From the NCBI GenBank assembly GCA_045568775.1, contig JBJLAJ010000006.1, positions 65,936 through 129,935 of the forward strand: a DNA stretch of 64,000 nucleotides. The letters are read 5' to 3'. The DNA is from Cytophagales bacterium (GTDB lineage Bacteria; Bacteroidota; Bacteroidia; Cytophagales; MED-G16). The position numbers and the translations under genes were made by a program. Under the pieces are notes generated by a model. It searched no databases. It was not told the DNA's origin and saw only the letters and a program-made list of their open reading frames with translations. The first letter of the stretch is position 1. Each line of letters starts with the position of its first letter. Below, piece by piece: positions 1 through 9,081 of this stretch.

Positions 1-69
1 AATGGAAAAGCCTACAACTACAACTAGGAATTTTCCCATCTTATCTCTTAAAGTGCTAATTATTGCCAT
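1..69 (-). CDS. 5' end (23 codons) of a membrane-anchored PpiD/SurA-like peptidyl-prolyl isomerase, cut by the window edge
   Basis: My own reverse-strand translation from ATG 69..67 gives MAIISTLRDKMGKFLVVVVGFSI, open to position 1. The short basic N-terminus plus hydrophobic anchor resembles remembered starts of flavobacterial PpiD-like chaperones, and the position downstream of lptC/CNNM fits remembered synteny. It is too short for the ORF track. Confidence 0.3.
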   Translation of the reverse strand, partial: MAIISTLRDKMGKFLVVVVGFSI

Positions 70-105
70 AATATATATTTGGAAGCCAAAATTAAATTTT
101 TATAA

Positions 106-1383
106 CTAATTATTTACATTCTTTCTAAAAAAAACACTATTTATACTGTTATTATTTTTTGTAAGAATTTTAATCGTAAAACCATTATATTTTAAAATTT
201 CATTTTTTTTAGGAATATTTTTATTTGAGTTTAATATAAAACCACCTAAAGTATCATAATCACCTGTAGGAATATTTAATCCAAATTTTGAATTTAGATA
301 GTCAATTTCCAGTCTAGCACTAAAATTAAAAGAGTTTTTATCTACTTTATCTTGTAAATAAACTTTCTCATCAAACTCATCAATTATTTCACCAAAAATT
401 TCTTCTATGATATCTTCCAAGGTAATTATTCCCGACGTGCCTCCATATTCATCTATAACAATTGCTATATTAATTTGTTCTGAAATAAATTTAAAAAGAA
501 GATCATTTGCAAGGTTTGTTTCATTCACAAAATTAATAGGTCTAATTATATCATTTATATTCTTGGGATTATTAAATAAAGATAAGCCATGACAGTACCC
601 AATTACGTTATCAACAGAGGATTCGTAAACAATTATTTTAGAGTGACCAGATTTCTCTATAACTTTATTAAGATTATTAATAGAATCAGAAATATCTATT
701 GCTATAATTTCAGTTCGAGGTATCATGAAATCTCTCACTTTAACAGTTTTTAAGTTAAGAGCGTTATTAAAAAACTCAGTTACTTTATTAGACTGAGCTC
801 TAGTGTCAGATACTACAATTTTTTTTACATAATCATTAAGATCAGTTAATTTAAAAACTGGTTTTTCATCTGAATATTCTTGATTCAGAATATCTCTTAT
901 AAAAAACTTAGATATAATAATTACAATTTTAACAACAGGATAAAATATAAAATAAATAGTAAAAAGAGGTATTGAAAACGTAACAAGAAGTCGGTCCGGG
1001 TTTATTAAAAATATACTTTTTGGAATGTATTCAGCCGTAATTAATACTAAAAGCGTAGAAACCAAAGTTTGTAATAGTAAAACTGATAAATCGTTATTTA
1101 TTATTTGTGGTAAATTATTAATCAGAACAGGTTCAAGAAATTGAGCCATTACTATGCCGTATATTACTAAAGAAAGGTTGTTACCTATAAGAAGAGTTGC
1201 AATAATCTCAGATGTGTTCTTATTAAGAATTCCATAAATCTTACCTAAAAAACTTTTAGAGTTTGATTTTATCTCAAAATTCAATTTATTTCTAGATATA
1301 AATGCAATTTCTAAACCAGAGAATAAACCAGAGAAGAACAGACAAATACCTATTAAAATAATTTGGGTTTGAGTATCATCCAT
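106..1383 (-). CDS. CNNM / HlyC-CorC family transporter (DUF21 membrane domain + CBS pair + CorC_HlyC domain)
   Basis: 425-aa ORF with an N-terminal multi-TM DUF21-like region (LFSGLEIAFIS), a central CBS-pair-like region and a C-terminal GGTSGIITLEDIIEEIFGEIIDEFD (CorC/HlyC transporter-associated domain). Confidence 0.85.
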   Translation of the reverse strand: MDDTQTQIILIGICLFFSGLFSGLEIAFISRNKLNFEIKSNSKSFLGKIYGILNKNTSEIIATLLIGNNLSLVIYGIVMAQFLEPVLINNLPQIINNDLSVLLLQTLVSTLLVLITAEYIPKSIFLINPDRLLVTFSIPLFTIYFIFYPVVKIVIIISKFFIRDILNQEYSDEKPVFKLTDLNDYVKKIVVSDTRAQSNKVTEFFNNALNLKTVKVRDFMIPRTEIIAIDISDSINNLNKVIEKSGHSKIIVYESSVDNVIGYCHGLSLFNNPKNINDIIRPINFVNETNLANDLLFKFISEQINIAIVIDEYGGTSGIITLEDIIEEIFGEIIDEFDEKVYLQDKVDKNSFNFSARLEIDYLNSKFGLNIPTGDYDTLGGFILNSNKNIPKKNEILKYNGFTIKILTKNNNSINSVFFRKNVNN

Positions 1384-1409
1384 AAATTATTTTAATTTAT
1401 AAAAAAAAA

Positions 1410-1424
1410 AAAAACAAATGAAAG
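1410..1424. repeat. Direct repeat copy 1: AAAAACAAATGAAAG (continues imperfectly as CATATAA)
   Basis: Read directly. An identical 15-mer recurs 78 nt away at 1488..1502. It is embedded at the end of an A14 run (1401..1414). Confidence 0.8.
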
Positions 1425-1487
1425 CATATAAAATTCATATGAGTTAAATACTCCATACATAAAACTTTGATATAATGCATAAATAAG

Positions 1488-1502
1488 AAAAACAAATGAA
1501 AG
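1488..1502. repeat. Direct repeat copy 2: AAAAACAAATGAAAG (continues as TATAAG)
   Basis: Read directly. It lies in the 135-nt lptC / CNNM intergenic gap. Confidence 0.8.
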
Positions 1503-1518
1503 TATAAGAACTAAAAAT

Positions 1519-2040
1519 TTAATTTTCATCTATTTCAATTATCCCGGATGGTTTAAGTATTTCATAATTTGAAAAATCTTGATTTGAGACCATACCCTCG
1601 CCTTTATGAACTTCATTACCTGTTCTAATAGTGACAAATTTTTCAGAAATAAATTTCTCATCATTAGGATACCAAAATAACTCCTCAGTTCTTAACTCAT
1701 CATTAGTTTCTAAATTATATAAAATAACATTCCCAGTTGCCTTGAAGTAATTTTCATCCTCATATTTAATCACATGATTTGCTTGAAAAGTAGCAGATAT
1801 AGATTCTGGGTTTTGATTGGAAAATATATCCATATTTAATCCATCAGGATATTTTTCCTCTCCTGATCCGAAAACCTGATATAGCTTTGCCTTAAGTTTA
1901 AACTTAACTTTAGCAGAATCTGAAAAAAAAGTATTCAAATCTTTTATTTCAATTATTGGGCCATCATATGTTTCATCAATCTTCTGAAAATTGTTTTGTG
2001 AACAAGAAACAAACAAGAAGACAACTAGGAGTCGAGACAT
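1519..2040 (-). CDS. lptC: LptC-like LPS export lipoprotein
   Basis: 173-aa ORF with a lipoprotein signal (VVFLFVSC) and a beta-rich body. The segment GNVILYNLETNDELRTEELFWYPNDEKFISEKFVTIRTGNEVHKGEGMVSNQDFSNYEI matches my memory of Bacteroidota LptC. Its start overlaps the upstream stop (TAATG at 2040). Confidence 0.55.
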   Translation of the reverse strand: MSRLLVVFLFVSCSQNNFQKIDETYDGPIIEIKDLNTFFSDSAKVKFKLKAKLYQVFGSGEEKYPDGLNMDIFSNQNPESISATFQANHVIKYEDENYFKATGNVILYNLETNDELRTEELFWYPNDEKFISEKFVTIRTGNEVHKGEGMVSNQDFSNYEILKPSGIIEIDEN

Positions 2041-3383
2041 TAATTTTCTTCACCTTTCTCAAGCAACTCTCTTAGGTCCTTTACAATTTGCCTGATTTCA
2101 TTTTGATCTTTCATCAACTCAACTATATAATATTTTAATTCAGATAATCCAGCTGAATTATCTAAATTTCCATCAGGAGCAGATTGTAGTTTTTCTAAAA
2201 CTTCTGGAGCAAGTGAAGTACTTTTATCTGATGATAGATTAGCAATCTCTTTTTTAATTTCATCTAAATCACTTTGCACTGAGCTGTTATCAATTTTTTC
2301 TGCAAGTTCTTGATAGGTCTCAACTATCTCCTCAAGATAATTTGCATCAATTGATGATGTGCTTGAATTACTTTTTTCCATTGCCTTAGACAAATCTTTT
2401 AATTCTTTAGAAAGATTATTGTCAGACTTTCCAGAACCCTTTTTATTAGCATTCAAAATCTCTTTTGCAAGCTCTTTAATTTCATCAATTTCTTTTGAAG
2501 TAAAGAGTTTAAATTCATCTAAGTCTTTTTTTGTCTCGATTTTAAATGTGTTTAGTTCAGAACGAGTATCTACAAGTGCTGTATTTGCCAATAACTGCAA
2601 GGAAAAATTACGTAAATCACTCATATCTTCTTTTAAATCTCCTATATAATAAATAAGACTGTCTGCATTGAGAGTTTCAGAAACTTCATTCTCTCTATTT
2701 TGAAGATTAACATTTGCAAGAGTCACTTGTCTTAGCAGCTCAGTAGCAATATCAAGATTTTTCTTTAGTTCTTTGACTTGATCAGAATCATCAACATTAA
2801 CAACTGTACTGTTATTAGTTAAACTTTTTTCTTCTATTAATGTTGATATTTTATCTAGAAACTCTTCATTATTTAATGGATTTCCTTCATCAGTTAATTG
2901 AGAGGAAATTTGTTCAGACAAAGTAGAAAGATCACTCTGAAGCTCAGAAAACTGACTAGAAACTTTTGAGATGTCTCTGCCCAAGGATTGTAATTCTTCG
3001 TCATATATATTTGTGTTGTCTTGTAATTCAGCTACGAAATCAACATTAGATGCTAAAATACCTCTCTCATCAGATGAGAATGCTTTTGAGACTGAACTTA
3101 GTGCCCCTACCATTATAGATAAAATAATACAAACTATAGATACCTGAAAAGAAAAATGAGCAAAGTTTTTATTTTTTTCTTTAAATATAAAAAACCAATA
3201 TCCAATAGATAGAAGTCCAAAAAATACGAGCCCAAAAACTATATTAAATATATAGTTAGAATAAAGGGGTATTAAAAAATCCTGGATTACAAAAGCAATA
3301 CCAGCATTAAGTGCTAAGTTTTTTCCAAAAAGTCTGAGTACCGGAACACTTTCTATAAACTCAGGTATATTAAAGCTTTTCAT
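2040..3383 (-). CDS. Membrane-anchored long acidic coiled-coil protein, function unknown
   Basis: 447-aa ORF. About 4 hydrophobic helices in the first ~105 aa are followed by ~330 aa of Ser/Glu/Leu/Lys/Asp-rich heptad-like sequence. It is coupled to both neighbours by TAATG overlaps at 3383 and 2040. Confidence 0.6.
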   Translation of the reverse strand: MKSFNIPEFIESVPVLRLFGKNLALNAGIAFVIQDFLIPLYSNYIFNIVFGLVFFGLLSIGYWFFIFKEKNKNFAHFSFQVSIVCIILSIMVGALSSVSKAFSSDERGILASNVDFVAELQDNTNIYDEELQSLGRDISKVSSQFSELQSDLSTLSEQISSQLTDEGNPLNNEEFLDKISTLIEEKSLTNNSTVVNVDDSDQVKELKKNLDIATELLRQVTLANVNLQNRENEVSETLNADSLIYYIGDLKEDMSDLRNFSLQLLANTALVDTRSELNTFKIETKKDLDEFKLFTSKEIDEIKELAKEILNANKKGSGKSDNNLSKELKDLSKAMEKSNSSTSSIDANYLEEIVETYQELAEKIDNSSVQSDLDEIKKEIANLSSDKSTSLAPEVLEKLQSAPDGNLDNSAGLSELKYYIVELMKDQNEIRQIVKDLRELLEKGEEN

Positions 3384-4768
3384 TATCTCTTATTTAAAGT
3401 TACTGTTTCATTAATCCAACAGCCTGTATTCATGGACTCACCTATCTCCATGTTCTCATTAAATATTTCTTCCATAGACGGAAATTGTTCTTTTGCCTGA
3501 TTAGCTTGAGATATTAATCCTCCATTTTTAAAAATATTATAAGCTGCTATAAAAACTAATCTATCTTCTACTCTGCTCTTACCTTCTCTACAATCATCAT
3601 AAGAACCCATATATAAATTTCCAATTAACTTATACGCATCCGAATTTTTAGAATTTAAAGAAATGGATCTTCTAGCGTTATTTCTTGATTTATTTTTATT
3701 TCCAATAACAGCATACAGCTGGGCTTTGTTTAAATAGATTTCAGATTTTTGAACATTATCATCTGAAGAATCAATAGCTCCATCATAGTATTCTAAAGCG
3801 GACTCGTAATTTTTATTAGCTTGTTCTCTCCCCGCTATGAATTTTGCTATAGCAAAATCTTTTTCGTTCGTGAACATTATCTTTGCTGCTTCTAAAGCAA
3901 TTTCGGATGAAGTGCACTTACCAGTAATACTTAATTGAAAAATCTTTTTAGCCAATTTTACTATCTCATCTGAATATGTAATATCAACTGGAGTTAATGT
4001 CTCATAATCAGTCTGAACAATCTCATCTGCTGGAGCTGCGGTTAACTCTAATAATTTAGGTCCTAGAGTGTTCTCAACAAAATTACAATCTACAGTTATT
4101 GTTGCAGTTAAAAGTTTATCTACATTGTCTTGATATTTTCTTAGCCTTACCTCATTCTTTGGTTCATTAATAATTTTGAATTCAATAGTTTTTGAAATAT
4201 TATCATATATGTTTAATACTTCATCATCACTTATAGTTTTTGATGTAAGTTTATGCTTTCTAACAATATCCATAAAAGCTACTATATTACTGTTTCCTAT
4301 TTTATTGCCATTAAGAGAGTATGCGTCATTAAACATATTATATAACAACTCATACTTGGTCTTATCAGACCTATAGAAGGTGTAGGCGAATGTTACCTTT
4401 CTATTTTTAACGTAAGCTTCTCTTCCAAAATTTTTATGTCTTGCATCGAACAAACTCAGAGATTTTTCAATTAATTCATTTTTTCTAATAGGGTCATCTT
4501 CTTTATCAATGAGACACCTATAAATTTTAATGCCATTTTGATATATTGAAACATGAAGATTTGGTACATTATCAATCAGCCAGCCGAGATGTTCAACTGC
4601 TGCCTCACAATTTTGCTGTTTTAGGTAGTCTGTATATAATACATTTTTTTCTTCAGCTTCAGATTTATTTTCAGGCCAGTTCCAACCTGGTTGTGCAAGT
4701 AAAAAAAAGCTATTAAAAAATAAAATTATTGTGACAATTAAATTTTTCATAATATTAAAATTAATCAA
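3383..4768 (-). CDS. Secreted TPR-like repeat protein, function unknown
   Basis: 461-aa ORF with a signal peptide (MKNLIVTIILFFNSFFLLAQ|PGW; the real start may be Met-7 at 4750) and TPR-like helical repeats near the C-terminus (YESALEYYDGAI...AYKLIGNLYM). Confidence 0.6.
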   Translation of the reverse strand: MINFNIMKNLIVTIILFFNSFFLLAQPGWNWPENKSEAEEKNVLYTDYLKQQNCEAAVEHLGWLIDNVPNLHVSIYQNGIKIYRCLIDKEDDPIRKNELIEKSLSLFDARHKNFGREAYVKNRKVTFAYTFYRSDKTKYELLYNMFNDAYSLNGNKIGNSNIVAFMDIVRKHKLTSKTISDDEVLNIYDNISKTIEFKIINEPKNEVRLRKYQDNVDKLLTATITVDCNFVENTLGPKLLELTAAPADEIVQTDYETLTPVDITYSDEIVKLAKKIFQLSITGKCTSSEIALEAAKIMFTNEKDFAIAKFIAGREQANKNYESALEYYDGAIDSSDDNVQKSEIYLNKAQLYAVIGNKNKSRNNARRSISLNSKNSDAYKLIGNLYMGSYDDCREGKSRVEDRLVFIAAYNIFKNGGLISQANQAKEQFPSMEEIFNENMEIGESMNTGCWINETVTLNKR

Positions 4769-6044
4769 ATTTTCTTTTAATAAACCAAATATTATTTATA
4801 GAACTCCCAATAATGAACTTTAGATAGTTTTCTTTGATAGATAATTTATCAACATTACCTCTTTTACCTACTTCTAAACCTAAATTTATCCTTGAAATAG
4901 TACCGATTGGTATTGCCAATCCGAAGGTAAAAGCTGTGGTATATAATTCTTCAGAATTAATTAAAAAAGGTGATTTTTTAAATAACAAACCCCCTCTGTA
5001 TGTTACTCGTTTAAAAAAACTATTTACATTTTCAGCATCAGGAATAATCTCAATTCCTGTAGATACTTGAAATTCTGTTTTGTATAATTTGGATGAATTG
5101 TCACCATACCCACTACTACTATTCCATGATCTGGATCTATATTCTATGCCAACAGATAGTTTATCGATAATCTCATATGATACGCCAATACCAAAATTTC
5201 TAGGGATATTAAACTTAGACATCTCGTTATTATAAATTGTGTCTATTACAAGAACAGAAAGAGAATTTGGGATTTTTCTTTCAAGCTGTGAAAACCTAGT
5301 CGCATCAAGAGAAGAGTTGAGGTCATAAATTAACCCAATTTTTATAAAATTATCTTCCTTGAACTCATTCTTATAAAATAAACCAGTAGATAATGATAGA
5401 TCTTTGAATGACGACCTCTCGAATAAATTAGAGTAAAATTGTGGTTCGTTTGATATACTTGAAGAAATATTACTAGTTATCTTTCCAAAAATATAAGAGC
5501 CCTTTATTCCAAATGAAAAATCATTTCCAAGTTTGAATCCATTAGAAAAATACACCTCCGTTAGTCCGCCAGAACCATCATAATTATAATCAACTAGTGC
5601 TGAAGTAGGGTCACCATTTAAATCAACCACCTGATCCTGTGAAAAAAGTTTATAATTAGTACTACTATATGGGTTGAATCCAATAGATGTAACCCATTTT
5701 CCTCCTTTTAAAACTGGAATACCAAAACCTATATAATTTATATTTCCATTTCCTGTTATATCTTTTGTTGAACTATTGACAATTTGTCTTACATCAGATG
5801 CAATGCCCATTTCAAATGTTGTGAATCTATTATATACCAGGGCAGCAGGATTTTGATTATTTAAGTGCCAATAAGATCCGTTGCTGATTCCGACGCCTCC
5901 CATCCCTAAATTATTAGCAAAAGAATTATCTGATATCTCTCCAATTGGATTTACTGAACTAAATGGAGTAGTGTCTTGAGCAAGTGATAATTTAGTTAGA
6001 AAAAAAAAGTATATTAGAAATATATTAACGTGAAGCCTATGCAT
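4761..6044 (-). CDS. Predicted outer-membrane beta-barrel protein (FadL/PorV-class-like), function unknown
   Basis: 427-aa ORF with a signal peptide (FFFLTKLSLAQ|D), a Gly-rich N-terminal segment NNLGMGGVGIS...NQNPAAL, alternating-hydrophobic strand patterns throughout (GIGVSYEIIDKLSVGIEYRSRSW; FTFGLAIPIG; INLGLEVGKRG) and an aromatic-rich C-terminus (NIWFIKRKFD). Confidence 0.55.
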   Translation of the reverse strand: MHRLHVNIFLIYFFFLTKLSLAQDTTPFSSVNPIGEISDNSFANNLGMGGVGISNGSYWHLNNQNPAALVYNRFTTFEMGIASDVRQIVNSSTKDITGNGNINYIGFGIPVLKGGKWVTSIGFNPYSSTNYKLFSQDQVVDLNGDPTSALVDYNYDGSGGLTEVYFSNGFKLGNDFSFGIKGSYIFGKITSNISSSISNEPQFYSNLFERSSFKDLSLSTGLFYKNEFKEDNFIKIGLIYDLNSSLDATRFSQLERKIPNSLSVLVIDTIYNNEMSKFNIPRNFGIGVSYEIIDKLSVGIEYRSRSWNSSSGYGDNSSKLYKTEFQVSTGIEIIPDAENVNSFFKRVTYRGGLLFKKSPFLINSEELYTTAFTFGLAIPIGTISRINLGLEVGKRGNVDKLSIKENYLKFIIGSSINNIWFIKRKFD

Positions 6045-6116
6045 CCTTTTTTTTGTTATTTATTTGAAATGCAAAGATGCATTCTTTAGTTCATAAATAA
6101 AAAATAAAATTTTACC

Positions 6117-7187
6117 ATGAATAATAAAACATATAGTGTTATTGGTTTAATGTCAGGCACTTCCTGTGATGGTATAGATTTGGCACACTGTCATTTCCTA
6201 AAAGAGAAAAATGAATGGAGATATAAGATGATTAATGCAGAAAGTATCAGTTACTCCAAGAAATTAAGAGATAAACTAATATCCTGTGGAAAAACAAGTT
6301 CATTAAACTTGAAAAAACTTGATAATGAGTTAGGAGAATTTTTTTCAGAAAGCTTAGTGAAGTTTATAAAAAAAAACAAAATATCTGTTGATTTGATTTC
6401 ATCTCATGGACATACTGTTTTTCATGATATCCAACTACAATTAACCCATCAAATAGGAAATCCATTAATTATATATATAAATAATAAGGTGCCAACGGTT
6501 CATAATTTCAGAGAGCTGGATGTATTACATGATGGTCAAGGAGCTCCCTTAGTCCCCTATGGAGAGAGAAAACTCTTTAAGGATTATGATTATTGTATTA
6601 ATATTGGTGGAATCACTAATATATCTTCTCTTGAGAACAACAAATTTTATGGTTATGATATTTGTCCAGCAAATATTATACTAAATAAATACGCAAGAGA
6701 ACTAGGCTATGATTTTGATTTGGACGGCAAATTATCAATGAGAGGTAAATTCAAAGAAAAGCTCTTTAAAAAATTAAACAACTTAAAATATTATGTAAAA
6801 AGTTACCCAAAAAGTCTAGATCTTTTATACATAGAAAAAAACTATGATCCTCTTTTTAAAAATTATGAACCAAAAGATGTATTGAAAACTTATATAAAAC
6901 ATATGGCATATCAAATAAATAGTGCTATAAGTAAAAAGAAATCAAAAATTTTATTGACAGGAGGAGGGGTTTTTAATAATCAAATCTTAAAAAATTTACA
7001 TAAATTCAATAAACTTGATTCAAATTTTATTGTTCCAAATAAAAAAATAATTATTTTTAAAGAGGCAATAATTTTTGGATTCCTTGGGCTGCTAAGGTTT
7101 CTAAATAAAAGAAATGTTGATAAATCAGTAACTGGTTCTAAAAATTCAACATCATCAGGCCTAATTGTTGATAACATAATTTTATAA
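6117..7187 (+). CDS. anmK: Anhydro-N-acetylmuramic acid kinase
   Basis: 356-aa ORF with the N-terminal motif GLMSGTSCDGIDLA. Length and overall pattern are typical of AnmK. Confidence 0.85.
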   Translation: MNNKTYSVIGLMSGTSCDGIDLAHCHFLKEKNEWRYKMINAESISYSKKLRDKLISCGKTSSLNLKKLDNELGEFFSESLVKFIKKNKISVDLISSHGHTVFHDIQLQLTHQIGNPLIIYINNKVPTVHNFRELDVLHDGQGAPLVPYGERKLFKDYDYCINIGGITNISSLENNKFYGYDICPANIILNKYARELGYDFDLDGKLSMRGKFKEKLFKKLNNLKYYVKSYPKSLDLLYIEKNYDPLFKNYEPKDVLKTYIKHMAYQINSAISKKKSKILLTGGGVFNNQILKNLHKFNKLDSNFIVPNKKIIIFKEAIIFGFLGLLRFLNKRNVDKSVTGSKNSTSSGLIVDNIIL

Positions 7188-7189
7188 AG

Positions 7190-8614
7190 ATGTACGAGTT
7201 AATGATTATAGTCTTTGTGGTAGGTTATGCATTCATAACCATAGAGCATACAATAAAAGTAGATAAAGCTGCTATTGCTTTAATTACTGGTGTATTATGT
7301 TGGACAATTTTTGTTTTTGGAAAAGAAAAAATTGTAGACTTAAATAAAGTTAAAGACTATGCCGCAACGGAATTCAGTAATATTTATCCTGATGAAATTA
7401 TTAAAACATCAGAAAAAGTTGATAAAAGTAAAATAGAAATAATTCAACATTATGTAACTGAAGTTCAACTATTTGAAATTTTGACTGAGATATCTAGTAT
7501 TCTATTTTTTCTTATGGGAGCTATGACTATAGTTGAAATAATTGACCTTCATGGAGGTTTTAGAGTAGTTACAGATAGAATTAAAACAACCAGTAAGCTA
7601 AAACTATTCTGGATACTTGGAATCATTTCGTTTTTCTTCTCAGCCTTATTAGATAACCTAACCACCTCAATAATTATGGTTTCGCTGACAAGGAAATTTA
7701 TTGTTGATAAAAATGATAGGTGGTTCTTTCTTGGGATGATAATAATAGCAGCTAATGCAGGAGGAGCATGGTCACCTATTGGTGATGTAACCACCACTAT
7801 GCTTTGGATTGGAAAACAAATTACCACCTATGAAGTAGTAACAAAACTACTTATTCCAAGTATGGTATGTCTGATAGTACCTTTGATAATTATGTCGCCA
7901 AAAGTAAAGGGTAAATTTGAAAGACCTGATAAAGATTTTATGGTTACCTCTCACCATACATCTAAAAGACAAAGAAATATTGTATTTTTCAGTGGTGTTA
8001 GCTGCTTATTATTTGTCCCAATATTTAAGTCTATAACTCATTTTCCACCTTTCATGGGGATGATGTTAAGTTTAGGGTTTCTTTGGTTATTAACAGATCT
8101 CCTGCACAGAAAAGATGATAAAGAAGATAGAGAACACTTTTCAGCATACCATGCATTAGAAAAAATGGATGTTCCTACATTATTATTTTTCTTAGGAATA
8201 TTATTAGCAGTAGGTAGTTTACAAGCTGCAGGCCAATTAAATCAAATGGCTGTTTTTCTAGATAATAATATTGGCACTGACACATCTAATGGCGTTTATT
8301 CAATTGGTCTAATTATAGGACTTTTATCTGCAATAATAGACAATGTTCCATTAGTTGCTGCTGCTATCGGAATGTATCCATTAGAGATGACGGGTTTCTT
8401 CCAAGAAGATGGTTTGTTTTGGCAGTTTTTAGCTTATTGTGCTGGAACGGGAGGTAGTGCATTAATAATTGGGTCAGCTGCTGGGGTTGCAATAATGGGT
8501 CTAGAAAAAATACCTTTTTTCTGGTATATGAAAAAAATATCATTATATGCTGTGATTGGTTATATATGTGGTGCAGCTACATATATATTGCAGACTATGA
8601 TTTTATATTCTTAA
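7190..8614 (+). CDS. nhaD: NhaD/ArsB-superfamily Na+/H+ antiporter
   Basis: 474-aa polytopic membrane ORF with repeated LDN(L/V)(T/P) motifs (ALLDNLTTSI; AIIDNVPLVAAA) characteristic of the NhaD/ArsB permease fold. It starts 2 nt after anmK. Confidence 0.7.
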   Translation: MYELMIIVFVVGYAFITIEHTIKVDKAAIALITGVLCWTIFVFGKEKIVDLNKVKDYAATEFSNIYPDEIIKTSEKVDKSKIEIIQHYVTEVQLFEILTEISSILFFLMGAMTIVEIIDLHGGFRVVTDRIKTTSKLKLFWILGIISFFFSALLDNLTTSIIMVSLTRKFIVDKNDRWFFLGMIIIAANAGGAWSPIGDVTTTMLWIGKQITTYEVVTKLLIPSMVCLIVPLIIMSPKVKGKFERPDKDFMVTSHHTSKRQRNIVFFSGVSCLLFVPIFKSITHFPPFMGMMLSLGFLWLLTDLLHRKDDKEDREHFSAYHALEKMDVPTLLFFLGILLAVGSLQAAGQLNQMAVFLDNNIGTDTSNGVYSIGLIIGLLSAIIDNVPLVAAAIGMYPLEMTGFFQEDGLFWQFLAYCAGTGGSALIIGSAAGVAIMGLEKIPFFWYMKKISLYAVIGYICGAATYILQTMILYS

Positions 8615-9081
8615 TAGAAGTCTAGCATACTCAAGAGTGTATTAGCAGATTCTATTCCCTTGTTACCATGTTTACCTCCGCATCTATCAATTGCCTGGTT
8701 AATAGAGTTTGTAGTTAAAACTCCAAAAATTACTGGCTTATTATACTTTATAGATACATTGACCAATCCGTTAGCAACTGCATTAGATATATATTTATCA
8801 TGATCAGTTTCTCCCTTTACAATACAACCCAAAGCTATAACTCCATCTATATCATGATTAGATAAAATAATATTCGCAGCATGAACTAATTCCATACTTC
8901 CTGGCACATCTTTTTGTATTAAGTTTTTAGAACTAATACCCTGATCTTTAAGTTGAGTTATACAAGATGAAAGTAAAATATCAGTAATATTGGTATTCCA
9001 TAACGATCTTACTATACCAATTTTAAAACCACTAAAATCTTTATTATGAAAGTTGATATTTACATTTGAATCAAAACTCAT
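8611..9081 (-). CDS. ribH: 6,7-dimethyl-8-ribityllumazine synthase
   Basis: 156-aa ORF with VPGSMELVHAA and LGCIVKGETDHDKYISNAV motifs. Confidence 0.9.
   Translation of the reverse strand: MSFDSNVNINFHNKDFSGFKIGIVRSLWNTNITDILLSSCITQLKDQGISSKNLIQKDVPGSMELVHAANIILSNHDIDGVIALGCIVKGETDHDKYISNAVANGLVNVSIKYNKPVIFGVLTTNSINQAIDRCGGKHGNKGIESANTLLSMLDFY

Noticed and set aside
106-1383. Calling the DUF21-CBS-CorC protein GldE, the gliding motility protein.
   Set aside because: GldE is a member of this family. However, as I recall it is linked to gldD and ssb in F. johnsoniae. This copy sits with lptC and a PpiD-like gene, and no gldD is adjacent. Family-level annotation is all the sequence supports.
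1417-1505. Tiny plus-strand ORFs started by the ATG inside each direct-repeat copy (MKAYKIHMS and MKV).
   Set aside because: At 9 and 3 codons they have no ribosome-binding or conservation evidence available. They are most likely incidental to the repeat sequence.
6068-6083. Inverted repeat AATGCA-AAGA-TGCATT in the OM-barrel/anmK divergent gap.
   Set aside because: The arms are only 6 bp and do not extend. This is within chance expectation, so I did not list it as a feature.
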